Shown here piece by piece: positions 10,232 through 19,120 of a DNA stretch of 58,731 bases (position 1 is its first letter; each line of letters starts with the position of its first letter). The stretch comes from Candidatus Methylomirabilota bacterium. Its GTDB lineage: Bacteria > Methylomirabilota > Methylomirabilia > Rokubacteriales > CSP1-6. Under the pieces are notes generated by a model, which was not told where the DNA came from, did no database searches, and saw only the letters and a list, made by a program, of their open reading frames with translations. The DNA lies in the NCBI GenBank assembly GCA_046726415.1, contig JBKPAK010000050.1, positions 1-58,731 of the forward strand, written 5' to 3'. The position numbers and the translations under genes are program-made.

Positions 10232-10888
10232 ATGCCGCTGCGGGGTCTCGCCATTCTGGTCGTGGGAATTGACCGGGATAGCCGCGAGATTACCCGGAGG
10301 ATGCTGGAGGCCCTCGGCGCCATGGTGGCGGTGGCCGAGGATGGCACGAACGCCTTCCGGAAGCTCGTCACGCTGTCGCCTGACCTCATCCTGTGTGACC
10401 TCAGCGGGCAAGCGACGGACGGGTTCGAGTTCGCCGGGCACATCCGAAACGATCCCCCGTATGGCCGGGTACGGCTGGTGGCGGTGACCGCGCCCGAGGA
10501 TGAGGGCACTTCCCTGCGGCTCTGGGGGCGGCGGCTTCGATGGGCGTGTTGAGAAGCCCGTCACGCTCCAGAAGCTGGATGACCTGGCGCGCTTTCTGTC
10601 TGGCGGCCAGCCGCGGACGCCGTCCCGCCCCGTTCACGTGGAGAACCTCGCTGATGCGATCCGTGACAGGCTGTCAGTGAACGCCCTGCCACGTGAAGAG
10701 CCCGTCAAGACGCGGCAGGGCTACGGCAGCGGCCAGGCGTGCTCGGCGTGCGACGAGATCATCCGGCGGGCCCAGATTGAGTACGAGATCCTGATGCCAG
10801 ATAAGCGGGTTTTTCCCATGCACGTGGGTGTCACAGGTTGTGGCTGGCCGAGCGCATCCGGCCACGATGGGCGCATCCGTCAAATTGA
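10232..10888 (+). pseudogene. Receiver (CheY-like) domain fused to a small Cys/His domain; two frameshifts
   Basis: PDLILCDL, AVTA, then GFDGRVEKP after a shift at the G run 10524-10528; GYGSGQACSACDEII...EYE...MHVG, then CHRLWLAER after a shift near 10827. Confidence 0.65.
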
Positions 10889-11107
10889 AACACTCTCAAC
10901 GAACGGCACCGACGACTTCGTGGACGCAGGTGTTGCCCTGCTCAACATGCGCATTCCTGCCGGAGGCGGCGCCACCGTCACCGAGGGAGGGTTGTTTCCC
11001 CCGGGCTTCGTGCCCGATCTGGTCGGCGCCCGGATCGCCTTCGTGCGGCTCGTCGTCGCGGCCTCGATGAAGGTGGTGAAGCAGTAGCCATCGGTGCCGG
11101 GACCGCC

Positions 11108-11719
11108 TCAGCCGCTCCGCCGGGAAGGCTTGCCCGACAAATTCTCGAGCAGTCGACGAATAATCAGCCGAACCAGGTAAAAGCCGAACGCGGGGTTCTG
11201 ATAGTAGAGCTCCACGACTTTGTCTTGGGTGAGGGTCAGCACTTCCACCTCGGTTTCGCATATCGCGCTGGTCGTGCGTTGCTGGTGCGGAGAGAATAGT
11301 CCGATCTCGCCCAGCATTGCCCCCTCGCCAACCGTGACCTCGATCTCGGGCAACCGAATCGACCCCTTGCGCACGAGATATAACTTGTCGGCTCGGTCCC
11401 CGAGTTTGAACAGCCCGTGCCCCGCCCTGAAGATCTGTCTCGTCATGAACGGAGTCATGGCCTCAAACGAGAAGCCGTCCTCCGACGCGTTCCTGATATC
11501 CCGGATCAGATAATGGAGTTGCCGCAAACGCATGGCGTTGAGAGGCAGGAGAAGCAGATGCAAAATGAGCACGGGATACAGGTGGCCGAGGAAGCCATAG
11601 GCAATGAAGGCCACGTTGCTGGCGATGGCGACCCATCGCAAGGGAATCATGGTCTTCATATAGAACGTCGAAAAGACGAGTAACGATGCCACATAGCCGA
11701 TGCCTTCGACCCAGCTCAT
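11108..11719 (-). CDS. Membrane protein with C-terminal cyclic-nucleotide-binding domain
   Basis: Hydrophobic N-terminus (GYVASLLVFSTFYMKTMIPLRWVAIASNVAFIAYG), then LFKLGDRADKLYLV, LGEIGLF, RTTSA. Confidence 0.88.
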   Translation of the reverse strand: MSWVEGIGYVASLLVFSTFYMKTMIPLRWVAIASNVAFIAYGFLGHLYPVLILHLLLLPLNAMRLRQLHYLIRDIRNASEDGFSFEAMTPFMTRQIFRAGHGLFKLGDRADKLYLVRKGSIRLPEIEVTVGEGAMLGEIGLFSPHQQRTTSAICETEVEVLTLTQDKVVELYYQNPAFGFYLVRLIIRRLLENLSGKPSRRSG

Positions 11720-11946
11720 GTCGCCGTCAACGGGTTGGGGGCCAGGCCGCGGAACTGTCGCACCCCGAAACCTCGCGTCCCATAATGTGTGGTGAGCGCC
11801 GCCTCGACCATATTTGTTGCTCCTTTTGACCGCGGCAAACACCCTGGGGGCGGCCGATCTCCAGCACGGACGGCCGCTGGGCGGCCGACGTCAACGGCCG
11901 CGCCGTGATGCTGGTCGCTCCCCGGGACGTATGCGCCGCCATCGAC

Positions 11947-12021
11947 GACCGCGCCGATCTGTGCTTCCCCGACCCGGATCGCCGACCGCCGCGATCTGCG
12001 CTTCCCCGACCCGGATCGCCG
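11947..12021. repeat. Two-copy tandem repeat, period 37 bp
   Basis: GATCTGYGCTTCCCCGACCCGGATCGCCG at 11956-11984 and 11993-12021, one mismatch. Confidence 0.85.
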
Positions 12022-12186
12022 CCAGTGCCGGGAGGGGCGCCCGCCGCGGCGATTCATCCTCGGGTCATCGTCGCAGTATTGCAACGGCCCCGCTGATCCT
12101 GGGTTTGAATTCGTACGCGTCTCGATTCGACTCATATGGCTGGCCCTAGCCGAACGTCGTCAGGAGGGCCGTCGATCCGCTCGCTA

Positions 12187-12214
12187 TCGGGTTCGAGTCC
12201 CGGAGGACACACCA
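12187..12214 (+). other. Isolated tRNA 3' fragment (T-arm, acceptor strand, CCA), probable att remnant
   Basis: TCGGG-TTCGAGT-CCCGG T-arm, then 7 nt AGGACAC, discriminator A, CCA. No complementary GTGTCCT 5' strand upstream. Confidence 0.7.
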
Positions 12215-12296
12215 ACCAAGGAGTTGCGGTGCGGCTCCCTGGCCGGCACGAAGAATTTCTCGCCGGCCAAGGTCGTCAGCGCTCTTCGTCGAGTCG

Positions 12297-12899
12297 ATGA
12301 CCAAGCCCGGCGACTTTGCCCTCGGCGCCAAGGGCGCGGCGCGGAACGTGCCCTTCATGCGCCAGCACCAGAGCCTCCGCTATCTGGACGGCGGCACCTT
12401 CGAAGCGCTCGAGCTGCCCTATGACGCCAACGAGATGTCGATGATCGTCTTCCTGCCGCGAAGGGCCGATGGCCTCGCCGATCTCGAGAAGACACTGAGC
12501 GCCGCGCGAGTGACGGACTGGCTGACCAGGCTGACGCTCCACGACGTGGATGTCGCCATGCCGCGGTTCAAGGCCACCTCGAGCGTCGACCTGAAGCGGC
12601 CCCTCGTCGATCTCGGCATGCCGCTGGCTTTCTCCCGCCATCGCGCCGACTTCTCGGGACTGGTGAAGGGGCAGCCGGTCTTTGTGTCGGCCGTGGTCCA
12701 CAAGGCCTACGTCGACGTCGACGAGAAAGGCACCGAGGCGGCGGCGGCGACCGGCGTCACCGTGGTGCCGACCTCGGCTGTTCCGCCCAGGCCCCGGGCC
12801 GTCTTCCGCGCGGACCATCCGTTCTTCTTCCTCATCCGCGACAACCGGACCGACAGCATCCTGTTCGCCGGGCACCTGACCGAGCCGCTGGCGAGCTGA
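12297..12899 (+). pseudogene. Serpin, C-terminal half only
   Basis: VPFM, LELPY, SMIVFLP, MPRFK, ADFSG, HKAYVDVDEKGTEAAAAT hinge, FRADHPFFFLIRD signature. 200 aa; no upstream NAxYFKG segment seen in frame. Confidence 0.85.
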
Positions 12900-13028
12900 C
12901 GAGCCCTGTAGCCAGCGCGCCGCCCGCGCGACATCACGCGCGCGCCGGAGCGGTGGAACCTTCGGCGGCCACTCGCTCAGGGAGAGGGTGCTGGTCGCAC
13001 CGCGCTGAGGCGCGCCTCCGCGAGAAAC

Positions 13029-13474
13029 TCAAGCGTCTGCCGAGCGCGGCGCAAAGGCGTAGCCGACATTTGCCGCGATGCAGGCCAGCAGCGCGTGGTA
13101 TGAGGCCACCTCGAAGATTCGCGGCGGGCGGATCCCCTGCGCGGCGAGCCAGGTCTCCACGCAGGCCCGGTAGGTGCAGCCCGTGGTGAAGGCCACCAGG
13201 GTCTTGTCGTGCAAGTCGGCCGGGCGCGGGGGCGCCGGGTCGACGGGTGCGTGATGAGCACGAGCTCTTCGACGAAGGCGGGGTCGGCGATGAGGCCGGG
13301 CTCGTCGACGTCGCCGCTCACGAAGGCGGCGCTGATCTCCCCGGCGCGCAGCTGGGCGATCAGCGCGCCGGACGTGCCCGTCACGAGCTGCACCTCGAGC
13401 GCGCGATACGCCGCATGCAGCCGGGAAAGGAGGCGCGGCAGGTGGACCGCGGCCGTGCTCTCCATCGAGCCGAT
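13029..13474 (-). pseudogene. LysR-type substrate-binding domain fragment (no HTH), frameshifted near 13230
   Basis: IGSMESTAAVHLP...VTGTSGALI...EELVLI, then LVAFTTGCTYR...ASYHALLACIAA in another frame. Confidence 0.8.
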
Positions 13475-13480
13475 CCCTGC

Positions 13481-14710
13481 CGGGCGAACTTCTGCATCTC
13501 CTCTTCGATGTCTCGGGAGACCATCTCCCCGAAGCGCTTGTCCTGCAGGTCCAGGTATTTGCCGTGCCGGCCGTCCGCGGCCATGTCCAGCGCGAAGCTG
13601 TAGTCTTCCGAGGCGCGGTCCTCATCCCAGTAGCCGTGGCGCTTGAGGTCGGACATCCGGATGTAGGCGTTGTGGCCGACCAGGGGCACGTTGCTGCCCG
13701 TGGCGATCCCGAGCGGGAACGCAAAGTCGTAGATGAGCCTCGTGCAATAGCCGACCGCGTGCGCAAAGTAGCTGTCGGTCAGGTTGATCGGTGTGGTCGC
13801 CACTTGGATGTAGGCGAGCGTTGGATCGCGAGCGAAGTCGGCAACGGCGTCGCGGCTGACCCCGGCTGGCACCGTGCTGTCCTTGTCCAGCAACAAGGCC
13901 ACCTCGCCCACCACCAGCTCGCCGCGGGCGTAGGCGGACCGCCGGTGATCGTCCCCCAGGCGTAGCGCCAGCGCGGCCTCGATCGCCGCCTCGTGCGACA
14001 TCGACCCTCGCTCGAGCGCCGCGCCGGCGTCGACGAGCCGAAGCGTGAAGTTCAGGTTGCTGGCCTTCTTGAAGGTGCCAGGCCGCTCGGTCTCGGGCCG
14101 GCCGAGCACGGCCTTGGGCCTGGCCACGACGCCGACGCGGATGTCGGTGCGGCGGAGGGCTCGCCGTAGTAGTCGAGGCGCATGATCACTTCCCGCTCGC
14201 TGCGGATGCGCTGCGCCTCCAGCTTGGCACGCGCCGCCGCCTCGAACTCGGGGAGTGAATTGTCCAAGAACACCATCAAGCCGTCGTCCGAGACAATGAG
14301 ATTGGCGAGGGGACCGTAGTCCTCTACCTCGCGGATCGCCGTCTCCAGCGATGTCCGCCGGATGAGATCGAACGGTTCGTCGTAGATGGGGATCATGATC
14401 GTCAGCGGGGTCCGCGGCTCCACCGCGCGCGAGCAGCCGATTGCGATAGACCGCGGTGTCGACGGGCTCGCACTGCATCACGCGATGCAGGCGCCTCCCT
14501 CTCGTGAGCCTGGACAGCATGGCCGCGGTGTTGATGACGTACCCCTTGATGGGCGATAGCGACAGGAGGAACGTGCTGACCGCGTAGAAGAGCGACACGA
14601 CCAAGCCCGCGCCGATGTACCGCATGCCCAGGAAGGTCGCGACCCCCAGCCAGGCCGACGCCGCCAGGACGATCGAGACGACGACCCTGAGCTGAGGATC
14701 GTAGATTTCC
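13481..14710 (-). pseudogene. Processive-type glycosyltransferase family 2 remnant, two frameshifts, truncated
   Basis: TM segments, then TIMIPIYDE, VSDDG, ARPK, FKKASNLN, LLLDKD, PLVGHNAYIR, SEDY across ORFs 13381..15156 and 14052..14423. Confidence 0.75.
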
Positions 14711-14712
14711 CT

Positions 14713-14850
14713 TTGAGTCGGCCCGTCGGCATGATGCTGGCCGATGACCCGACCGGGGGAATGGCCCCGCGCCTGGTTCAGACCCCCGCCCAGATCCTGG
14801 CCGGGATCAACCGCCGCAGGACCACGATCCTGCTCGTGGAGCAGACGCGG
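14713..14850 (+). pseudogene. Scrap of a LivF-type ABC ATPase (Walker B to H-loop)
   Basis: MMLADDPTGGMAPRLV...TILLVEQ resembles the intact LLDEPSQGLAP...MLLVEQ at 51883-52581. Confidence 0.55.
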
Positions 14851-15321
14851 CAACCGGCCCTCGCGCCCCTCCCTCCGTCTGCAGGTCACCCACTGTTCAG
14901 AAATCCCCCGGGGAATCTGCCCACGCCGCGCGCCAGGATCGCGCCCCCCGGCGGTCCCCGTCAAGCGTCCCCCCGAGGCCGTCGAGTGGGTGGAGATGGC
15001 CCTCTCCAACCGCCCGTCAGACACACCTCGGCGAAAGCGCAGAGCAAGAAGACCTGACGCCGCGCCGCAACGCGACCTCCCGCGCCAACCCGCTGTGCCG
15101 GGCCCGCGCCGCCGTGGGGCGTCTCGAATCCATCCACGGGGGGGCGCGCATCGCAAGACCGAGCCCTCCTTTGGGAAGAGGCGATCACGACGATCTTCTC
15201 AGGGGGAACCAAGGAGATCATCGCGATGAGGCAAAGGAGCAACGTGGCCCACCGGGAAGACGGCGACAGGATCGCGGACCTGCGGCGACGCTTCCTGCGC
15301 AGGAGCAGCGCGCGGTAGACC

Positions 15322-16323
15322 ATGCGGGGTGGGGTTGACTTCGTCTCCACCGAGCCGAATGGGCGCAATGGTCCAGCTCCGCCACGCCCGAACGACGATG
15401 CCACCCTGCTCGATGCCTATTCGGCGGCTGTCGTCTCGGTCGTTGACTCGGTCGGCCCGACGGTCGTCGGTGTCCGGACGAGCCGTGGTCGCGGCAGCCC
15501 CGGCGCCGGCTCGGGGTCTGGTGTCATCGTCGCATCTGACGGGTACATCCTGACGAACAGCCACGTCGTCCATGGCGCAAGCAAGTTCGAGGTCTCGCTC
15601 ATCGACGGGCGGCGTCTGCCCGCGTCACTGACCGGGGACGATCCGGCGAGCGATCTGGCGATGATCCGCGCGGAGGGCCACGGACTTCCCGCTGCGCATT
15701 TCGGCCAATCGGCTCGGCTGCGGGTCGGACAGTTGGTGATCGCCATCGGGAATCCGTTTGGCTTTCAATCGACCGTGTCAGCCGGTGTCGTCAGTGCACT
15801 CGGACGTTCACTGCGGAGCACGACGGGACGGCTGATCGACAACATCATTCAGACCGACGCGGCGTTGAACCCGGGGAATTCGGGCGGCCCGCTCGTCGAT
15901 TCACGCGGGTTCGTGGTGGGCGTCAACACGGCCATCTTCGCGATGGCGCAAGGCATCAGCTTCGCCATCCCCATCGACACGGCAACGTGGGTCATTCCGG
16001 AGCTCCTTGCCCACGGCCGGGTGCGACGGCCTTACCTCGGCTTCGGCGGTCAGTCGCGACCGCTCGACCGCCGCATGGCCCGCGCTCTCGGCCTGGCCAA
16101 CACGCGGGCCATCGAGGTGCTCAGCATTGAACCGTCGACGCCGGCGGCAGCCGAGCTCCGGACTGGCGACCTGCTGGTGGCCATCGGCGGCAAACCCATG
16201 GAGGACGTCGACGCCGTCCATCGAGAACTCTTGGGCCATCCGATCGGCGTTCCGTTGACGATCACCGTCCTGCGGGAGGGCGCATTGCGCGCGCTCACGG
16301 TCGTGCCGACCGACGTGCCATGA
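15322..16323 (+). CDS. HtrA/DegP-family serine protease (trypsin plus one PDZ)
   Basis: GSGSG, LTNSHVV, SDLAMI, IQTDAALNPGNSGGPL, C-terminal PDZ. Confidence 0.95.
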   Translation: MRGGVDFVSTEPNGRNGPAPPRPNDDATLLDAYSAAVVSVVDSVGPTVVGVRTSRGRGSPGAGSGSGVIVASDGYILTNSHVVHGASKFEVSLIDGRRLPASLTGDDPASDLAMIRAEGHGLPAAHFGQSARLRVGQLVIAIGNPFGFQSTVSAGVVSALGRSLRSTTGRLIDNIIQTDAALNPGNSGGPLVDSRGFVVGVNTAIFAMAQGISFAIPIDTATWVIPELLAHGRVRRPYLGFGGQSRPLDRRMARALGLANTRAIEVLSIEPSTPAAAELRTGDLLVAIGGKPMEDVDAVHRELLGHPIGVPLTITVLREGALRALTVVPTDVP

Positions 16324-16373
16324 CCCCTGCGCCCGGGGCCTCGTGGACTCCCGAACCATTGCCGGTGCCGCGA

Positions 16374-16769
16374 CTAGTCTGACGGCGGGCTTTCCCCCTC
16401 GCCGGACGCGGCGGCCCGCCCGCGCGCGGCCGCGGCCATCCGCGTCTCGACGCCGAGCTTGGTGTAGATATGCTCGAGGTGCTTGTCGACCGTTCTGCGG
16501 CTGACCTGGAGAATGAGGGCCGTCTCGGCGTTGGTCTTGCCCTGCGCGATCCAGGTCATCACTCGCGCTTCACGGCGAGAGAGGCCGAGGGGCTTGAGCG
16601 ATGGCGTGGTTGCGATCCGGGTGATGAGTTGCTCCTGGAACGAGGGGAGGTCCCGCAGCTCATTGAGCTCCTGGAGGAAGCGTGTCGCTGCATGGAGATC
16701 GCTCAGTCGCAGGCGCTCGATGTCCTGATCGGGAAAGGGGAACGATAAGCTCGCAGTAGGAGACGCCAC
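16374..16769 (-). CDS. LuxR-family HTH regulator (short, possibly internally deleted)
   Basis: LSRREARVMTWIAQGKTNAETALILQVSRRTVDKHLEHIYTKLGV. Confidence 0.8.
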   Translation of the reverse strand: MASPTASLSFPFPDQDIERLRLSDLHAATRFLQELNELRDLPSFQEQLITRIATTPSLKPLGLSRREARVMTWIAQGKTNAETALILQVSRRTVDKHLEHIYTKLGVETRMAAAARGRAAASGEGESPPSD

Positions 16770-16929
16770 GGATCAAGTCAAGGCGACCGGACCGGCGCGT
16801 CAACTACCAAAAACTGGGCGATCGTGCGCTCCCCGAGGAGCGTTCCCCGGCGAGCCCGACCGGCCTGTGGCGAGACGGCTCACCCCGATCCGAACAAGAT
16901 CGGTCAGGTCCTAGCTCAGCACCCCGTCC

Positions 16930-18627
16930 TCACTTATCGAGCCAGAGCCGGGCCAGGGTCGAACTCCCGTAGCCGAAGTTCCCGCGAAGGTCCAACTGAC
17001 CGATGTTCCGCAAGTGCGGCTGCCAGAGTGAAAAACCCGCATCAAAGGGCATCCATATCCGCAAGACCTGGTCGTGCTCGCGGGCGACAAGTTTTTTAGT
17101 GATGGCGCGTTGTTCGGCCCGATCCCGAGTTTGCCGCAGCTTGGTGGCCAGCTCATCGACGACGGGGTCGGCGATACGGAAATAGTTCTTCGGCGACTTC
17201 GAGTGCATGTACTGATAGGTCCGCTCGTCGAGGCTCACCGCGTACCCGGTCTGGAATCCCCAGGCCGTGCCTTCCCATTTCCCCTCGGCATAGCGGCCAA
17301 AGTAGGTCGTGTAGTCGTTCTTGGTAATGCTCAGCTCGATGTTGAGATTGCGCTTCAGATCCTGTTGCACCAGTTGAATTTGGGACGTCATCTGAGGGAA
17401 GTATTCATAGTAGAAGAGGGTCGTTTTGAAACCCTGGGGATAGCCGGCCTCGGTCAGGAGCTTCTTCGCTTCCTCTGGGCGATACTGCCAGTAGGGGCCG
17501 AGGTCGGCCGCCGTCGGTCGTTCGTCCTGGAAATAGAAATAGGGAATCCCCCAGCCCAGAATGGCGTGCCCCTCATAGAGGGTATCGACCTGCTTTTGCC
17601 GGTCGATGGCCATCGAGAGGGCCCGGCGCACCCGTACGTCATTGAACGGTGGTTTATCCTGACGCACGGTGAGGCCAAACGGCGCCAGGACCGTGGTGAC
17701 TTCCTGCACGACCGCCGTGGGGTTGGTCTTACGGACGGCCGCCACATCGGCCAGGCTTTGCAATCCCAGGATGTCGCTCTGCCCGGTGCGGAAAGCGGCC
17801 AAGCGCGTGGCCGCATCGGGGGTGGAGAGGATGCGGTACTCGTTGAGGTACGGATAGTTTTTGTCAAAATGGTCTGGGTTGCGGACGAGGACCGCTTTGA
17901 CTTTGCGGTCATACTCTTTCAGGATAAAGGGTCCCGTGCCGATCAGGCGCTTTTTGAGATCACCGTCCTCTTCGAGCACCTCCCGCGGGAAGATGATGGT
18001 CACTGCTTCCGCGACATTCTGCGGGAACATGGTATTGGGCGTCTTCAGATGGATGCGAATGGTGTACTTGTCCGGCGTTTCCATGCCGGAGATTTCTTGG
18101 AAGGTAAACGACTGCACCCCTTCCTTCGCATACGCCTCGTAGCAATACTTGATATCGTCGGCGACCAGCTCGCGTCCGTTGACCGGTGGCACGTTGTGCC
18201 ATTTCACCCCCTGGCGCAACTTGAAGGTCCAGGTCCGAAAGTCGGGACTTCCCTCCCACGTCTCGGCCAGGTCGCCTTTGAGCGTCAGGTCGGAGTTGTT
18301 CTTGGCTTCGTCGGTGAAGGGATAGCGCAGCAGCCGGTTGGAGGTGAGGGTGGCAATCTGGAAGAGACCCACCGAATTCGTCAGGCGGGGATCGAGCACC
18401 GGCGGATCCCAGGCGGTGGCGCGGGTCAGCAGCCCCCCGCGTTTCGGGGGCTTATCGCTTGGCGACGTCCACGAGGGATAAGGCGAGGGGGGATGGGCCA
18501 ATGCGCGTGAACGACTCATGCCGATGAGGCCGGTCACCGCCACCGTTCCCCACCCCGTGTGTTTCAGAAAGTCGCGCCGTTTGACGGGCGGCCGCGGAGC
18601 CCCGTGGACCTGGTCCTGGCTGGACAT
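16930..18627 (-). CDS. ABC substrate-binding protein, family 5, Tat signal, orphan
   Basis: ATG 18627 after GAAGGAG; KRRDFLK; GDLAETWE, WTFKLRQGVKWHN, IGTGPF, DVRVRRALSMAIDR. Confidence 0.92.
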   Translation of the reverse strand: MSSQDQVHGAPRPPVKRRDFLKHTGWGTVAVTGLIGMSRSRALAHPPSPYPSWTSPSDKPPKRGGLLTRATAWDPPVLDPRLTNSVGLFQIATLTSNRLLRYPFTDEAKNNSDLTLKGDLAETWEGSPDFRTWTFKLRQGVKWHNVPPVNGRELVADDIKYCYEAYAKEGVQSFTFQEISGMETPDKYTIRIHLKTPNTMFPQNVAEAVTIIFPREVLEEDGDLKKRLIGTGPFILKEYDRKVKAVLVRNPDHFDKNYPYLNEYRILSTPDAATRLAAFRTGQSDILGLQSLADVAAVRKTNPTAVVQEVTTVLAPFGLTVRQDKPPFNDVRVRRALSMAIDRQKQVDTLYEGHAILGWGIPYFYFQDERPTAADLGPYWQYRPEEAKKLLTEAGYPQGFKTTLFYYEYFPQMTSQIQLVQQDLKRNLNIELSITKNDYTTYFGRYAEGKWEGTAWGFQTGYAVSLDERTYQYMHSKSPKNYFRIADPVVDELATKLRQTRDRAEQRAITKKLVAREHDQVLRIWMPFDAGFSLWQPHLRNIGQLDLRGNFGYGSSTLARLWLDK

Positions 18628-18861
18628 CGTCGATCTCCTTCCCATGTTGACCGCTACCGGGACGACGGCGTGTTGGTCATCGGCGCCAGAAGAGATGACA
18701 AGGGGTCACACCCACGCGGCAATGGAAGTCCACGGAGACATGCGCACCCTCGCAGTCCATCTGAATGGCCAACGAAGGCAGCGAAGAATTGTCCAGAATC
18801 CCGAGCCAGGGGCATCGCTGCCTCCCTGAAGGGCCGGACGATTGCCACCTGTGTGAACGGC

Positions 18862-18890
18862 ATGCTAGGCCAGTCGAGGAACGGGGTCAA
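18862..18890 (-). promoter_or_regulatory. Sigma70-like promoter for the SBP gene
   Basis: Minus strand TTGACC-17 nt-TAGCAT. Confidence 0.55.
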
Positions 18891-19120
18891 CAAATCAATC
18901 TTGGCGGCGTTGTGAGCTTTCGAGCCCGCGATGATTTCGACCGCATCCTCGAGCGCCGCGATGGACTTCGATGTGATGCGTGTTCTTGACCGCCTGCCTC
19001 CTCGGGACTAAGCTCGTCGTACTTCCTCCGACTGTCTCGAGCATGTGCCCTGAGAATCCGGGTAGGGCCGCAATCCGCACACCCCGCGGGTGGTGAGGAG
19101 CGGGCAGAAGGGAGCCCAGC

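Noticed and set aside
10890..11087. Possible small gene ending ...VRLVVAASMKVVKQ
   Set aside because: No clear start, RBS or recognisable family.
12139..12214. Intact tRNA gene
   Set aside because: No 5' acceptor strand, D-arm or anticodon arm; only the last 28 nt fit.
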